Of a stretch of DNA of 64,000 nt, positions 25,156-38,162 are shown piece by piece. Under the pieces are notes generated by a model. The model made no database searches. It was not told where the DNA came from and saw only the letters and a list, made by a program, of their open reading frames with translations. Source of the DNA: Carcharhinus amblyrhynchos (lineage: Eukaryota); assembly GCA_965287045.1 (NCBI GenBank), contig OZ336873.1, positions 98,084,001 to 98,148,000 of the forward strand, given 5' to 3'. Both the position numbers and the translations under genes were made by a program. Numbering within the stretch: position 1 is the stretch's first letter; every line of letters begins with the position of its first letter.

Positions 25156-26527
25156 GTATGAGTGCTTGTTGCATTAAAACCTTTAAATATTTGTTATTTA
25201 TACAAAGGTGATTACTATGAATTTTAAATTCAATGTCAAGCCTTTTTTGTGCCTCCTTCTCCTCTGTTAAAATATAAATTCATACTGAGACATGTTGCCT
25301 GGCTTCAGTGGCTATTCTTCATGTATAAACAGTAAGCTTTGGAAATCTATTCCAACATCTTAGTCTAACTCAATGCCCAATTATACTTTCTAGCATCTCA
25401 AGGACAATTGGAGATGAGCAATAAGTGCTGGCCTTGCAGCGATGCTCACATTCCAAGAATGAATAATATATTTTTTAAATTGCTGAATCGCAAGAATCTA
25501 GTGTGATTTTTTGCTTTAAGGGGTAGTGAAATCAGTTGGAGCAGCTTCACTTCTATTCTAACTGAGATCAGGTAAGTGTTCAGACAAAAGAATGTATCTG
25601 CAATCTTCTTGGGCTGTATAGCTCAGTTTTAAAAACCAGAATGTCAAGTTGTGAGGCAATTTTGCAAGTGATCGAGACACCAATCTGTTTGCCTGTACTC
25701 ATGGAGTTCTCTCAATAGAAAATTTTGATGAGATTTTCAAGTCGTCAACTCACCAGCTCCCCAACTTTTGTATACATAAGTTTTGGACAGTTAAATACTG
25801 GATCATTTATTCAAAACTCAAGCTGATTCATTGTAATGATGTATGTCTCATGTGCAACGTTTTGATTCTGAATTCAGAAAATAAAAACCCAGCTGTGCCA
25901 TTTTATAATTACCTCACAATGTTTAGAGGATCAGTTCAATGTTGAATCTCCATATGGGGTTCACCTTCTCATCTACTGTGACTTTAATCCAAAGCCACAA
26001 AAACTTTAGAAAAAGGGAGCAAACACCAGTTGCAAACCTTCGACACATCTTCCATCAAAGCTTGTGACAGTCGAGCAGTAGAATCTCAATGGAGATTCGT
26101 CTTGCCTATGTTTGCATTGTGCAATAGACATATATGCAGACAAATTTGCAGGATTTAGACAAGGAGGCTAGATACCTTGTTTCAACTTCTGATCTGCTAT
26201 ACCTCTTAAATTATCTTATCTGTAGTACCAACCTCCTGTGACATTGGTAAGAGGTGTCCTTCATTCTGGAGTATTTTTTTTAATATTCAACTTCTAACCT
26301 GTCCTATATCATTAAGTCCATTGCTTTAACACCATTAAGTCAAGATATTTGCTGCTATTTAAAAACTGCTGAAATCAGTAAGTCGGATCAATGGCTTTAT
26401 TTCTCACTTTTCTGAAGAGTGTTTAATATCCACAATCATGTCTGATGCCTTTTTCATTAAGTGTATATAAAGAGAGAGATTCTGATTGAAGCAGAAAATA
26501 CTAGACCAGACACGTGCACAGGTATTT

Positions 26528-26665
26528 AGGCTGGAATTCTCCAGCTATTCACACCTCACTGCCACTGCCAGCAAGAACAGAGAATTTGATGCTCAGCCAA
26601 ATCTCTGTTCACGGCAACAGGACCGGAGAATCCCAGCTGCAGGCAAGGTTGGAGAATCCGACCCT
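26528..26665. mobile_element. ~140 bp MITE family copy in intron 2
   Basis: AGGCTGGAATTCTCCAGC ... GTTGGAGAATCCGACCC imperfect TIR with an internal GGAGAATCCCAGC; TTA flanks at both ends. Confidence 0.6.
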
Positions 26666-26886
26666 TATTAATCTAATAATGATAGTATAGTAAGTTATAG
26701 TAGATAACTTCTAGAACGTCAAGCGCCTTATTCTCAAAATAGCTCAGCAGCTTCTTTCTGAGTGAAATTCCATAGTTCGAGGTTTACTGCTCTGGAATTA
26801 ATAAATTTAACAGATTTTTTTCAGAGCAAGGGGGTAGAATTATACATCTGAAATGAAACAGAATGTTATTCTGTATTGTTTTACAG

Positions 26887-26946
26887 GCTGCACCAAAGTT
26901 TACACCAAGAGTTCTCACTTGAAAGCACACCAAAGGACCCACACAG
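26887..26946 (+). CDS. KLF5: KLF5-family coding exon 3 (60 nt; zinc finger 1)
   Basis: ttttacag|GC TGC ACC AAA GTT TAC ACC AAG AGT TCT CAC TTG AAA GCA CAC CAA AGG ACC CAC ACA G|gtatgc = (G)[19 protein letters not shown](G). Phase 1-1. Missed by the ORF track. Confidence 0.97.
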
Positions 26947-27869
26947 GTATGCTATTTTCCTTGACGATCAAATATTAATATATGCATGTTCTATGATATG
27001 CTGTCAAAGCAATTGTGCACTTTATGTGATACATCACATCAAGCTATTCAAGGTTTAAGAATGGGACCACTGAACTGGATCAAATCTCAGCACTTTATAT
27101 GGCTGGGTGATGTAATGCACAGTACTTCCACAAAAGTAAACACTCACAATTTAACTGTAATGTACTTTGGTTTTCTGACATTTCCTAATATCTGCACATA
27201 CAACTAGTGGATACTAGCAAAAAAAGATTTGTGATCTGTTAAAAATGAAATTTGTTAAGACTGAATTCATTGTCAAATCAATGGTTTTGAAAGATTCTCT
27301 TCCAAGTCTTCAACTCTGTTCAATTTCCTAACAACAAAGAAGAAATTAATGACAGCAGATAACCCTGAAGGCCTGTTTTTTGTTTCTTTCTTACTTGCAA
27401 TTTCTCCCCTATTTTACTATTTTGCTGAAGTCAATTCCTCTTACATATACCACTATTCAGCAGTCCACACTCAGTTGTTTTAGACAGTATAAATCTTGTC
27501 TGCGGTGGGGTTATACCAATTATGTTGAGGACACATAGCAATGAAATCTCAAATAAATGAATTTAAAGTGAACTTTGGTCAAATTTCTCATCACAAAGCA
27601 AATTTTTACATCAAATTGTGCAGTTTTCTAGAAGTATTGTATTGTTTCAATACAAGCTTGTGGAATTCTATTGGTAATTCTTTCAAAAGCTTGAGATACT
27701 TAAGTAATGTAAAACAAGTCATACGCTGGATGATATTATGGAACTGGGAAGGGGCTTGATTCTGCTGATTAACTGTGATTGATGTAAAACCATATATCAG
27801 AATTACAGATTCCTGCTGATGGGGCAGATTATTATTACAAATTGTAAGATTCATATTAGAAATCGGGTA

Positions 27870-30000
27870 CTTTGCTGTTATGGAGAGTATACAAGGTCCA
27901 TGAACTTAGATAACAACATGTGATGTAAACAGGACCATTATTGAGACAGAAGTATATGATGCATGCGGGACTATCACTGAGACAGCTTCGTATCAAATTC
28001 TGACATTTACTGGATTTAATTAATGCTGCAGACACAGCATTATTTGTGCTGCTGTGTTTACTGATTTCTATGATAGGAGGTTACACATTAGTTCCCTGCA
28101 GCGTTCACTGATACTGTAATGCAAATATCACTGTGAACCATGCACAACCAGAAGAGGCCTATGGAAACTTCATTCTTCAGTACAAGATTTGGAAGTAGAA
28201 GGTGAGTGTAAGTTATTTCTTCCCTCTCCCATTTTTGAAATTTATATTAAGTGTATTTTAATATTTCAAAAGCACTTCCATTTATCCTTTCACAGAACGA
28301 TAACTACCCGACTGCTCATTGATTGAAGGCATGGAACTTCTCTGATGGAGACCTGTAAACCATCCTGGGGAAGATTGAAATGAGCAAAGATCAACTTCTG
28401 TGCAGTTTCTGGTTAAACTGGCCAAAATCATGAATCATTGTGCACAGCTGCAGTTGATATTAGCATGGATTACCAACTCTCTCACTCCCAGAATGATGTA
28501 GGAAGTTCAACGACTTGACAAGAGCTAGCTATGCAAGAAATCCAACATGTCATCCTTTTCTTTCTTGTCTATGCTGGGGATCACTTATCTAAGCACTCTT
28601 GAAACCGTACTCAAACAGTGTGCTCTTCAACCTACCATCCAGTTGAACATTTCACACTATCCTGCAAACAACAAGCCTGCACAATTCATTCTTGTTGTGT
28701 ATTTATTTAAAATAATCCCCCGATTTGGTCAGGCATCTGAATGTGTTCCTCTCCACGCCTGCCAAGTTCCTTCATGGATTCAACTGCAATGAATCTCATT
28801 GATCCACTGAATGGAATCAGCAAGTAGGACTTCTGCCCAGGATCCGACCTTCATTTTAGCTCCCCTCATTAAATAACTATGGTGGCTGAATGCTGCAGAA
28901 TTGATGTACTTTGGCAACTTCACTTATGCTGTGTATCGCAAGCAATTTGCATGAACAGCAAGCAGAAGTTTTCCCATTGATGTATATCAGTGAGTGTCCA
29001 AGTTGTCGCCTTCAGACCTCTATATCCTTTGGAAGCTTGTGAACCTACACATTTGAATAACACTGTCTCTTTGTTTTGTTGGGGTTATGCCATGATTGAT
29101 GGAGTCAAGTTTCCTTCAAATTAGGGCATCAGTCACCTAGCTAACACATGCCCTTACAGTTCTTCAGTTCATATTACATCAATGGGAAAACTTCCGCTTG
29201 CTGATCATGCAAATTGCCTGTGATATCCAGCAGCAGGGAAGTTGCCAAAGTGCATTAATTCTGTATCTGACTGGAAAGGCCTGAAACCATAAATTTCCAA
29301 GCCAGGGAAAACTGACCTGTATAGATAATGAATGCTGTGCCTGCAGTTGACTGAAGCTTCTTGTCCTTGAGGTCTTCTAAACTTTCACACAGGTGTCCAA
29401 TGGCTTTTTTTGGACAGTGCATTCCATAGACATAGATTATGAGAAATGTCACAATACTGCCTCAATGTTCTCTGGAGATGGATTCTTGTCTGCCATGATG
29501 CCCACTCTGGTTGGCTCTGCTGTTATTCTTCTTCTTCTGACATAATAGAGTGCAGAGGTATGCCCATTGGAAAGCCCATACCCACTGCTCAGATGTTTGA
29601 AATACTTGGGGGTTTCAAAATATCTTCGCAACAATATGTACAAAGCAATTCTCACTGATAAACATAAAACAAATCACAGGGAAGGCTGGAAGCAAAATAC
29701 AGAAAGCTAATACAATGTTTGGCGATTCTTCCATGCTCCAACTCTTGAGATACATCCAAGTCAGATGAATAGGGTTGTTCTGGAATTCTTTTACATCCAG
29801 ATCTAAGTCTATACCAGCACATGGGTGGCACTAGCAAAATGTAACTTGAGTAATTGAATGGGGGCAAAGCTATCAAAATGAGAAATACAGGCTTGGAACA
29901 GCTAAAATGTTTAAGGGATCTGGTATATATAATTTTTTCAGCACAAAAGCAGTGGAAATCACTCAAGCAGTTTTTGCACAAAATCAGCACTGCGCTTAAA
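27870..30000 (-). mobile_element. Degenerate PIF/Harbinger transposon with transposase remnant
   Basis: Minus strand ~29150 to 29020 reads CVS*VTDALI*RKLDSINHGITPTKQRDSVIQMCRFTSFQRI, similar to the HARBI1/DDE_Tnp_4 segment CIRQVTDAL...IxFP...GFP. Upstream YGFRPFQS resembles YASGSFQ. Outer limits are poorly defined. Confidence 0.45.
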
Positions 30001-30063
30001 ACTATATAACGTATTCACAGTGAGATAATAACATAAGAACTAGGAGCATGAGTAAGCAATTCA

Positions 30064-30367
30064 GTGGGTGGCACAGTGGTTAATACTGTTGCCCCGCAGC
30101 ACCAGGGACCTATGTTCGATTCCCGGCTTGGGTCACTGTTTGTGCGGAGTTGGGCACATTCTACCTGTGTCTGTATGGGTTTCCTCCGGGTGCTCCTTTT
30201 CCCTCCCACAGTACAAAATACATGCTGGTTAGGTGCATTGGCCATGCTAAGTTCTCTGTGTGTGCCCAAACAGTCGCTGGAGTTGTGCTGATTTGGGGAT
30301 TTTCACAGTAACTTCATTGCAGTGTTAATGTGGGCCTACTGGTGACAGGAATAAATAAAGTTAAACT
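30064..30367 (+). mobile_element. HE1/V-SINE-like element, tail type B, nested in a CR1 3' UTR
   Basis: Head GGTGGCACAGTGGTTAA, type B tail; TTCAG on both sides. Confidence 0.88.
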
Positions 30368-31399
30368 TCAGCTCTTGAGCCCACTTCCCCATTCAATACA
30401 ATCATGACTGATCTCATTTTGGCCTCAACTCCACTTCCCTGCCCATTCTCCATAACCCTTCAATTAATTCTTATTTGAAGGTTACTGCACAGTTTTTAAA
30501 AAGAAACAACAACTTTTGAAAACAAAGTCAGAATTAACCAGTTTGATCCTCCCAACCCCTCATTTCTTTGCAAAGGAGATTTTCATCGAATACCTGTCTA
30601 TCTCCTCCTTAAACTTATTTGACGTCCCGGCATCCATCGGCCTTAATGAATTCCACAGATTCACAATGCTTTGAGAGAAATAATTTCTTCTCATCACTGT
30701 TTTAAATCTGTTATCCCTTATCCTAAAGCTATGACCTCTCATGCTAGATTGCCCTACAAGAGAAAACATTCCCTCTACATCTACTTTGTCAAGCCCCTTT
30801 ATCTTCTTATATACCTCATTTAGATCTTCTTTCATTCTTCTAAATTCTAGAGAAGATAAGCTCAATCTCTCTTCATAGGACAAACCCGTCATCTCTGGAA
30901 CCAATTTAGTGAACTTCTTCTGAACTGCCTCCAATGCAACTACAACCCTCCTCAAGTAAGAGGACTAAAAGTGTGCATATTATTCCAAGTGCGGTCTTAC
31001 CAATGTCTTGAATAGTTGTAGCAACACTTTTCTACTTTTATAGTCTAACCTTTTAGCAGTACATGCCAAAATTCCATTTGCTTTCCATATTACCTGCTGT
31101 ACCTGCATACCAGTTTTCTGTGATTCATGCACAATGGCACCAAGATCTCCACTGAAGCACTCCCAGGTTTCTCTCCATTGGATAGTAAGTTGCCTTTCTA
31201 TTTTTCCAATCAAAATGTATAATCTCACATTTATCCACGTTAAACTCAATTTTGGTCAACTCACCTAATCTATTCACATCTATTTGGAAATATCTTATTT
31301 TCTCGTTGCAATTTACTGTCCCATCTATTTTAGTGACATCTGCAAATTTGGCTCTAAAATCTTCTATCCTTGTATACAAGTCATTAATATAGCTTGTAG

Positions 31400-32312
31400 A
31401 TGTTTGTTTAACTAATTTAGTGATTTTTTTTGGAATTACAGACGATGGGGAACCAGTGGATGTGGTATATCTGGATTTCTAGAAGCATTTGACAAGGTGC
31501 TGCACAAAAGACTGCTGCATGAAATAGATCCATGTGTTGTGGGTAATGTATTAGCCTGGATAGAGGATTGCTTAACTAACAGAAACCAAAGAGTGGAGGT
31601 AAATGGGTGTTTTACTGGTTGGTGATCAGTGACTAGTTGTGTGCCTCAGGGATCAGTGTTGTTTTTGTTTACAATTTACATAGATGATTTGGAGCTGGGA
31701 ACAAGCATAGTGTGTCAAAATTCACAGATTATACTAAGATGAGTGGGAGAGCAAGGTTTGCAGAGAACACTGAATGTCTGCAAAAGAATACAGATAGTTT
31801 CTGTGAATGGGCAAGGGTCTGGCAGGAGGAGTATAATGTTGGTTCTGGAGCTGAAATTGTTGGCTTATGAGGAAAAACCAAGTACTTTGGGACTCTACTC
31901 GTTGGAATTTGGAAGAATGAGGGGGATCTTATAGAAACATATAAAATTATGAAGGGAAGAGATAAGATAGAAACAGGAAGGTTGGTTCCATTGGTAGGTG
32001 AAGCCAAAACTAGGGTGCATAGCTTCAAAACAAGAGGGAGCAGATTTAGGATTGAATTGAGGAGGAACTTCTTCACCCAAAGGATTGCAAATCTGTGGAA
32101 TTCCCTGCCCAGTGAAGCAATTGAGGCTATTTTGTTGAATGCTTTTAAGGCAAGGATAGATACATTTTTGAACAGTAAAGGAATTAAGAGTTATATTGAG
32201 CAGGCAGGTAAATTAAGCTGAGTCCATGAAAAGGTCAACGTGATCTCATTGAATGTGGAGCAGGTTCGAGGGGCTAAATGGCCTACGCCTGCTCCTAATT
32301 CTTATGTTCTTA
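31400..32312 (+). mobile_element. CR1 LINE (5'-truncated, internally deleted) nested antisense within another CR1
   Basis: GTGGATGTGGTATATCTGGATTTC, GTGCCTCAGGGATCAGTG, peptide RRNFFTQRIANLWNSLP, tail CCTAATTCTTATGTTCTTA. Confidence 0.88.
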
Positions 32313-32474
32313 TTAAATAGTTGGGGTCTGAGGACTGTACCCTGGGGCACCCCACTAATTACATCTTGCCAACCAGAAAAATACCCATTTATCCTAACTT
32401 TCTACTTTCTGTTGATCAGCCAGTCTTCTATCCGGACTAATAAATTACCCATAACCCCATGTGATTGTAACTTA

Positions 32475-32783
32475 TCATAGGATCAGAGAACCCCTACAGT
32501 GCAGAAGAGGCCATTTGACCAATGAGTCAACACCGACTCTCTGACAGATTATCTTAACCAGGCCCTCTCCTCTGCTGTATACCCATAACTCCATACATTT
32601 CCCATGGCCATTCCACCTAACCTAAACATCTTTGGACTGTGGGAGGAAACTGCAGCACCTGGAGGAAACCCACACAAACACGGGGAGAAGTTCAGAGTTT
32701 GCACAGTCACCCAAGGCTGGAATTGAACCCAGATCACTGGAGCTGTGAAGCAGCAGTGCTAACCACCGCGCCACCATGCCGCC
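32475..32783 (-). mobile_element. HE1/V-SINE-like element, tail type A
   Basis: Reverse-complement head GCAGCAGTGCTAACCACCGCGCCACCATGCCGCC; tail TCATAGGATCAGAGAACCCCTACAGTGCAGAAG. Confidence 0.9.
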
Positions 32784-35349
32784 TTTTTCTGTGCATCTTA
32801 TCTAATTCTGGAAGTCTAAATATACTACATTTACAGGATCCCCTTTATCTACTTTGTTTGCTACATCTTGGAAGAATTCTAGCAAATTAGTCGAACACAA
32901 GTTACCCTTCATTAAACCATGTTGAGTCTAATGGATTGTGTTTTGACTTTCCAAATGTTATTACTGTTATTTTTGTTATTAATTCCTTAATAACAGGTTC
33001 TAACAATTTCCCAATGACAGATGTTAAACTACCTGGTCTATAGTTTCCTACTTTCTGCCTCCTGCCCTTTTGAATAATATGAATACTTTTCTAATCCACT
33101 GGAACCTTTCCACATTGAGGGAATTTTGGAATATTGTAACAATTGGATCCATTATCTCCTCTGCCACTTCCTTTAAGACTAGAATGTAGACCACAGGCCC
33201 TGGGGACTTGCCTGTCTTCAATCCCAATAGCTTTCTCAATCCCTTCTTCCATAGTGATTATTCTATGTTCCTCCCTTTCTATAACCTCTGCCTTACCTGT
33301 TACTATTGGGAAGGCACTACTGTCCCCCACCGTGAAATCTGAGGCAAAATACTAGTGTCTCTGCCGTTTTCATCCCCCCCGCCACCCCCCCAACTATTGA
33401 GCGAGAAACAAAGCAGGGAAATTGAGTCCTGCCCAACATTTTTAAATGGCTCTGGAGTCATCAGCTTCCATAAAAATCCGGTGCATAATTTAACACTAAA
33501 GACTATATTGATTCCCATAAATCAATACTTGTTTGTCAGAAATTATTCATTCTGCTATTTTAATCTGTTTAATTTGATCTTGCATTAATTTCTTTCAACA
33601 ACCTTGGGGATTTATTGTAACAGTCCCTTAACAATACATATTTATAGAAATGAATAGTATCAGATCAATAGATGTTCTAAACAAATAGCATTAATATGAT
33701 AGTTCCAGAGCAGACTGAATGACCTACTTAGCCCATGTAATTCTAAATTCTGAATATATTCTATTGTTTCTTCCAATCTTTAAATAAGTCATCGACTGTA
33801 ATTTTTTCTGTTACATCCTTACTGTGTGAACTCATAATGATGTCTCTTACTTTGATTGCCTTCCTTGGGTCTCAAGACTTTTGACTTGTTTGTCTCATTC
33901 AGTCTTTTCTTCCTCCTTGTTTTTTTTCTGAAGGACCAGCCTAGCATTACCTAACTGGTCCTTGATGTTTCTAACTTATTTTTCTCATTTCAACTTTACT
34001 GGTGTACCGGATTATTAGCCTTGTCCTTTTATCTAGGTTTCTCTTTTTTTAAAAAAGTTCAGAGCGCATGGAATGACCTGCCAAGAAAACGGATGTTCTA
34101 AGTTAAGTTAACATTAATGTTTTGCTTTCTATCAATATCCCAAGCAACATTACAATAAACATGAGGATATCCAATAACAGCAGAATAGAAAACGTCTCTC
34201 TATCTTCATTTAAAATTAGGTCAATAGTCTTTCAACGGCCATGGCAAGATGGCATTTTTCTTATTGTTATATAAACCAAAAGTTATCCACAGCTATGCCA
34301 AAAGATTATCCACAAAGCATATTTGTAACTTCACCATTTTGTATTGGAGTGTTTTCATTAGCATTAAAGCACAGGACCTAATCTTTTGACTGCATCAGCC
34401 CTCAGAGTCTCCACATGTCCGAGCTTGTTCTTTAGCATCAAGTACAATGCTAGATAAACAAAACCACCCACATGTACACCAGTCAAATACTAACAAGCAT
34501 GACTGACACAGTGGATCCCAAAGCAAGTTATTTAAACTTTGTTTAGTGGCCAATAAATAAAATTCAACACGCATACAATCAGGTTCCAAAATGAATTCAA
34601 TATCCATTCTCCCATATTGAAATCTGGTGGGAGCTTACAAAAGCAGCACAAAAGGAAATAATTTCATAATGGACACAGCTGTGGGTTTGAAATTTCAATT
34701 AGTGAAGCTCATGCAAATACTTAATGTAGATAAAATTTCATAGTATTTGCATAAGTGCACACACAAATGAAAGAAGAGTATTCTAAATTTATAAATGGAC
34801 TTCATCAATTGAAACTTCCATGGCATTTCTCGCTTCAGCTGCATACTCTATGCTAGATTCAGTATTGCAGTCATTACCTGTGTTGCAGCATTATAATTAT
34901 ATTGTGTTTTTAATTCTGCTATGCTCTATCCAATCTATAGTGAGGTGAGCAAGTTTGCTGTAATGCAACTACTTCAAGTGCATGGCAGTCATTCACATAC
35001 GCAAGCATGTTATTAACATAAAAATTGTCAAGCCCCTGTCTCCTTTCTGATTGGTAGTCATGTATACTACTGACCATGCGATTAATAGCAACCACATTGG
35101 AGAGAAGAAGGTAAAACAAGGAATTACTCATGTTTGCCTGTCGGCTGCATCTTCAATCTATAGCCAACCAAGAAGTATTAAAAAAGTGAGTAGTATAAAA
35201 TAACTTATCTACCACTTAGTCCATAAGTCCCGCAGCCCTTGCACCAAACCCACCTCCCACCATCATCCCTATTTCTCAACTACTCTGTGTCGTTTAGGTC
35301 CAGGCTGCTTCTCACTTCACTCTCTTCCACTCATTTTTGTCTATTTCCT

Positions 35350-35700
35350 TACTCATTCTTGCCATATGGATATCACTGACAAGAGCAGCAATTGTTGCCT
35401 ATTGCCAATTGTCTTTTAGAAGTTGTCTTGAACTGCTCCAGCCTGTAATAAAGGGATTTCCCCAATACTGTTTCTTAGGGAGCTACAACCTTTTAACCCA
35501 GTAGCAATAAAAAAAGGCAATAGATTGTATACAACTTAGAGAGGTGGTTGTGTTTCAATATGCCTGTTGTTCTTGTCCTTCTAGATGGTAGAGGCTACAG
35601 GTTTGGTAAGTGCTGTCAAAGAAGACTTAGCAAATTGCTGTAGTGTGTCTTCCAGATGGTGTTCACAGTGGCCACAATACTCCAATGATGATGGAGCAAT
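35350..35700 (-). mobile_element. LINE 3' end relic sharing its tail with the SINE at 10311-10640
   Basis: TTGTCCTTCTAGATGGTAGAGG...GGTTTGGTAAGTGCTGTC...ATTGCTGTAGTGTGTCTT pattern and the degenerate GCA...TTGCCTAT tail. Confidence 0.55.
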
Positions 35701-35820
35701 GCCATGAGAGTCTCAATAGTGTTTAATTTAGATACATTTTAACTATGTTTAATTAATACTTTATGGCAAGATAGGCCGAATGGCTTCTTTCTGTGCTATA
35801 ACATTTCATGGCAGTACAGT

Positions 35821-36127
35821 GGCACACATGGTGGCACAGTGATTAGCACTGCTGCCTCACAGCGCCAGGGACCCGGGTTCAATTCCTGGCTTGGGTCGCT
35901 GTCTGTGTGGATCTGCAAGTTCTCCCCGCGTCTGCGTGGGTTTCCTCGGGATGGTCCAGTTTCCTCCCACAGCCCAAAAGACATGCTGGTTAGGTGCATT
36001 GGCCATGCTAAATTCTCCCTCAGTGTATCCAAACAGGCGCTGGAGTGTGGCAACTAGGGGATTTTCATAGCAACTTCATTGCAGTGTAAATGTTAGCCTA
36101 CTTGTGATTAATAAATAAACTTTAAAC
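35821..36127 (+). mobile_element. HE1/V-SINE-like element, tail type B (relatively young, CpG retained)
   Basis: GCACTGCTGCCTCACAGCGCCAGGGACCCGGGTTCAATTCC...ATAAATAAACTTTAAAC. Confidence 0.92.
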
Positions 36128-37878
36128 ATATTGTTGCAACCTGTCATGCAATTAAGAGCTAAGTCTTCCCTTGCAAATTGTAAAGTAAATACATTATCAT
36201 CAATCACTCAATAGAGAGAAATAATCCAATATGTCATTCAGTTATCATCTTTACATTTCAGTGTTGCTATTCTTACTTTGGTTACAGCCTTATGAATAAG
36301 AGGTACAGATACCTCTGTATTAAACAAAGTACAAAGACTTCAACCTCAAAGTTATTCCCGCTTGATTAAATCCTCTCCCCGCTGCCGCCACCCACCCCCA
36401 AACATGCCACTAGTAACTTCATTGCAGAGTTAATGTAAGCCTTACTTGTGACTAATAAATACACTTTTAACTTTAGAGACAGCGGAAAATTCTGCCTAAT
36501 AAATCAGGATAATTTTGTCAAACTGTTGTACTCTTTAGAATAACCTGGAGCTGATATAAATGAATGATCAGTATCAGGTTAGGGTTTCTGTGCTAAAGTA
36601 ATAATCAAACCCTTTTAGTTCTGATACCAGGATCTCTACCATATAAAACAAACTGCCATGTCTCATGGCAGAGGCACCAGAAGATTACATTAATTAAAAT
36701 AGTTAATTCTGCCCAAGGGTCTACCAGAGTTCACTTCTTCAGATTGCTGTTGAAATATGTTTGGGCAAACCTGCTAAACCAGATTTTTTTTTTAACCTTG
36801 TTCATGCTATTTCAGGCAATGCTGTAATGCTGGTGAACTGTTGACATTAAGGAAACAGGAGCTCTGTGCGCTTTGTGGCAACCCCCCATTCTCCTGGGAA
36901 TAGGGGCCCTGATTACCTCACATTTTATTCTCTTATTCATCTCAGTGCACTACTTTGTTCTTATTGTGCAGATATATTAAAAAGAAGAATTCTTGCTTGG
37001 AAAATTGATCCCACGCAATTAGGCAAACGTAATGAATTAGTGTTACATTGTGGTACAAGCTGCCTTCACATTACGGTATCTCAATATTTACTGATAATTC
37101 CTCATCAGTCAATAGGAAGTGGGAAACCTGCAGAAAGTGGCAGCAAACCTGGAAACACACCTCAAGTGTGCATGTTAGTGAGGAGGGGGATAGAATTAGG
37201 GTAAGCAGAATCCTCTTGGGAAATTTTGTCCCTGCATAATTTTCATTACTCACGCAGTATTCTGTTTGTTGTAAAACAGTAAAAGAAGAGATTTTAATGG
37301 GGAGAACTTTCTACATGGTTAACCCTGAATACCAACAGGAGTTACAGAAATTCACTTATACCTTTGAAATTAAGAAACTACCTCTCGTATAACTCAATCT
37401 ACAGATATTTTAGAAAAAGAAAATGTTAGAAACACAACAGGTCAGTCAACTTCATAAAATCATAAAATCTACAGCACAGAAAGAGTTCATTAAACTTATT
37501 GTGTTGGCTCTTTGAAAGAGCAGTCATGTTTAATTCCATGTCTCTGCTTTTTATTCAAACCTCATAAGTTCTTCATCCTCAAGTACCTGTCCAACTCCAT
37601 TTTATAAATTATTCCTGGAATTAGCTTTTATGACAAGAAAAATATACATTTCCTGCTTCAGGAAAACTGATGGGGCAACATGTGCACAGAAGCAATAAAC
37701 AGATAGACACACATGCACACCCAAGAGTCATGAGTGGAACAATACAACAGTTATTCATGGTCACATAATGAATAGAATTATCAAGATATTAGAAAAACAA
37801 TCATTTGATAAGTGGAACGCTCGACTTGTGTGTAAAATGGGCAGTAACACAATGGCTACCGAATATAAACCACTCCCA

Positions 37879-38162
37879 GGGCGGCAAGGTGGCACACAGT
37901 GGTTAGCACTGCTGCTCACAGTGCCAGCCTAGGTTCAGTTCGAGCTTTGGGCGACTGTGTGGAGATTGCACTTTTTCCCCATGTCTGCGTGGGTTTCCTC
38001 CAGGTGCTCTGGTTTCCTCCCACAGTCCAAAGATGCGCAAGTTAGATGGATTAGCAACGGGAAATGTGTGGGGTTACAGGGAAAGGCCTGGATAAGATAC
38101 TGTGTCAGAAAAGGCCATTCAGCCCAATGCATCTGCACTGCAGGGATTCTATGACTATATGA
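37879..38162 (+). mobile_element. HE1/V-SINE-like element, tail type A
   Basis: GGGCGGCAAGGTGGCACACAGTGGTTAGCACTGC...CTGCACTGCAGGGATTCTATGA. Confidence 0.85.

Larger units (their letters stand above)
30029..33355 (-). mobile_element. CR1 LINE relic interrupted by three later insertions
   Basis: 3' tail at 30029 (AACATAAGAACTAGGAGCA). Peptides LEAVQKKFTKLVPEMTGLSYEERL, KTLVRPHLE, AKFADVTKI and LKTGKSPGP. Resumes at 32313. Confidence 0.88.

Noticed and set aside
25156-25211. C-terminal MSACCIKTFKYLLFIQR of ORF 24294..25211
   Set aside because: Lies past the exon 2 donor; the zinc finger continues in exon 3.
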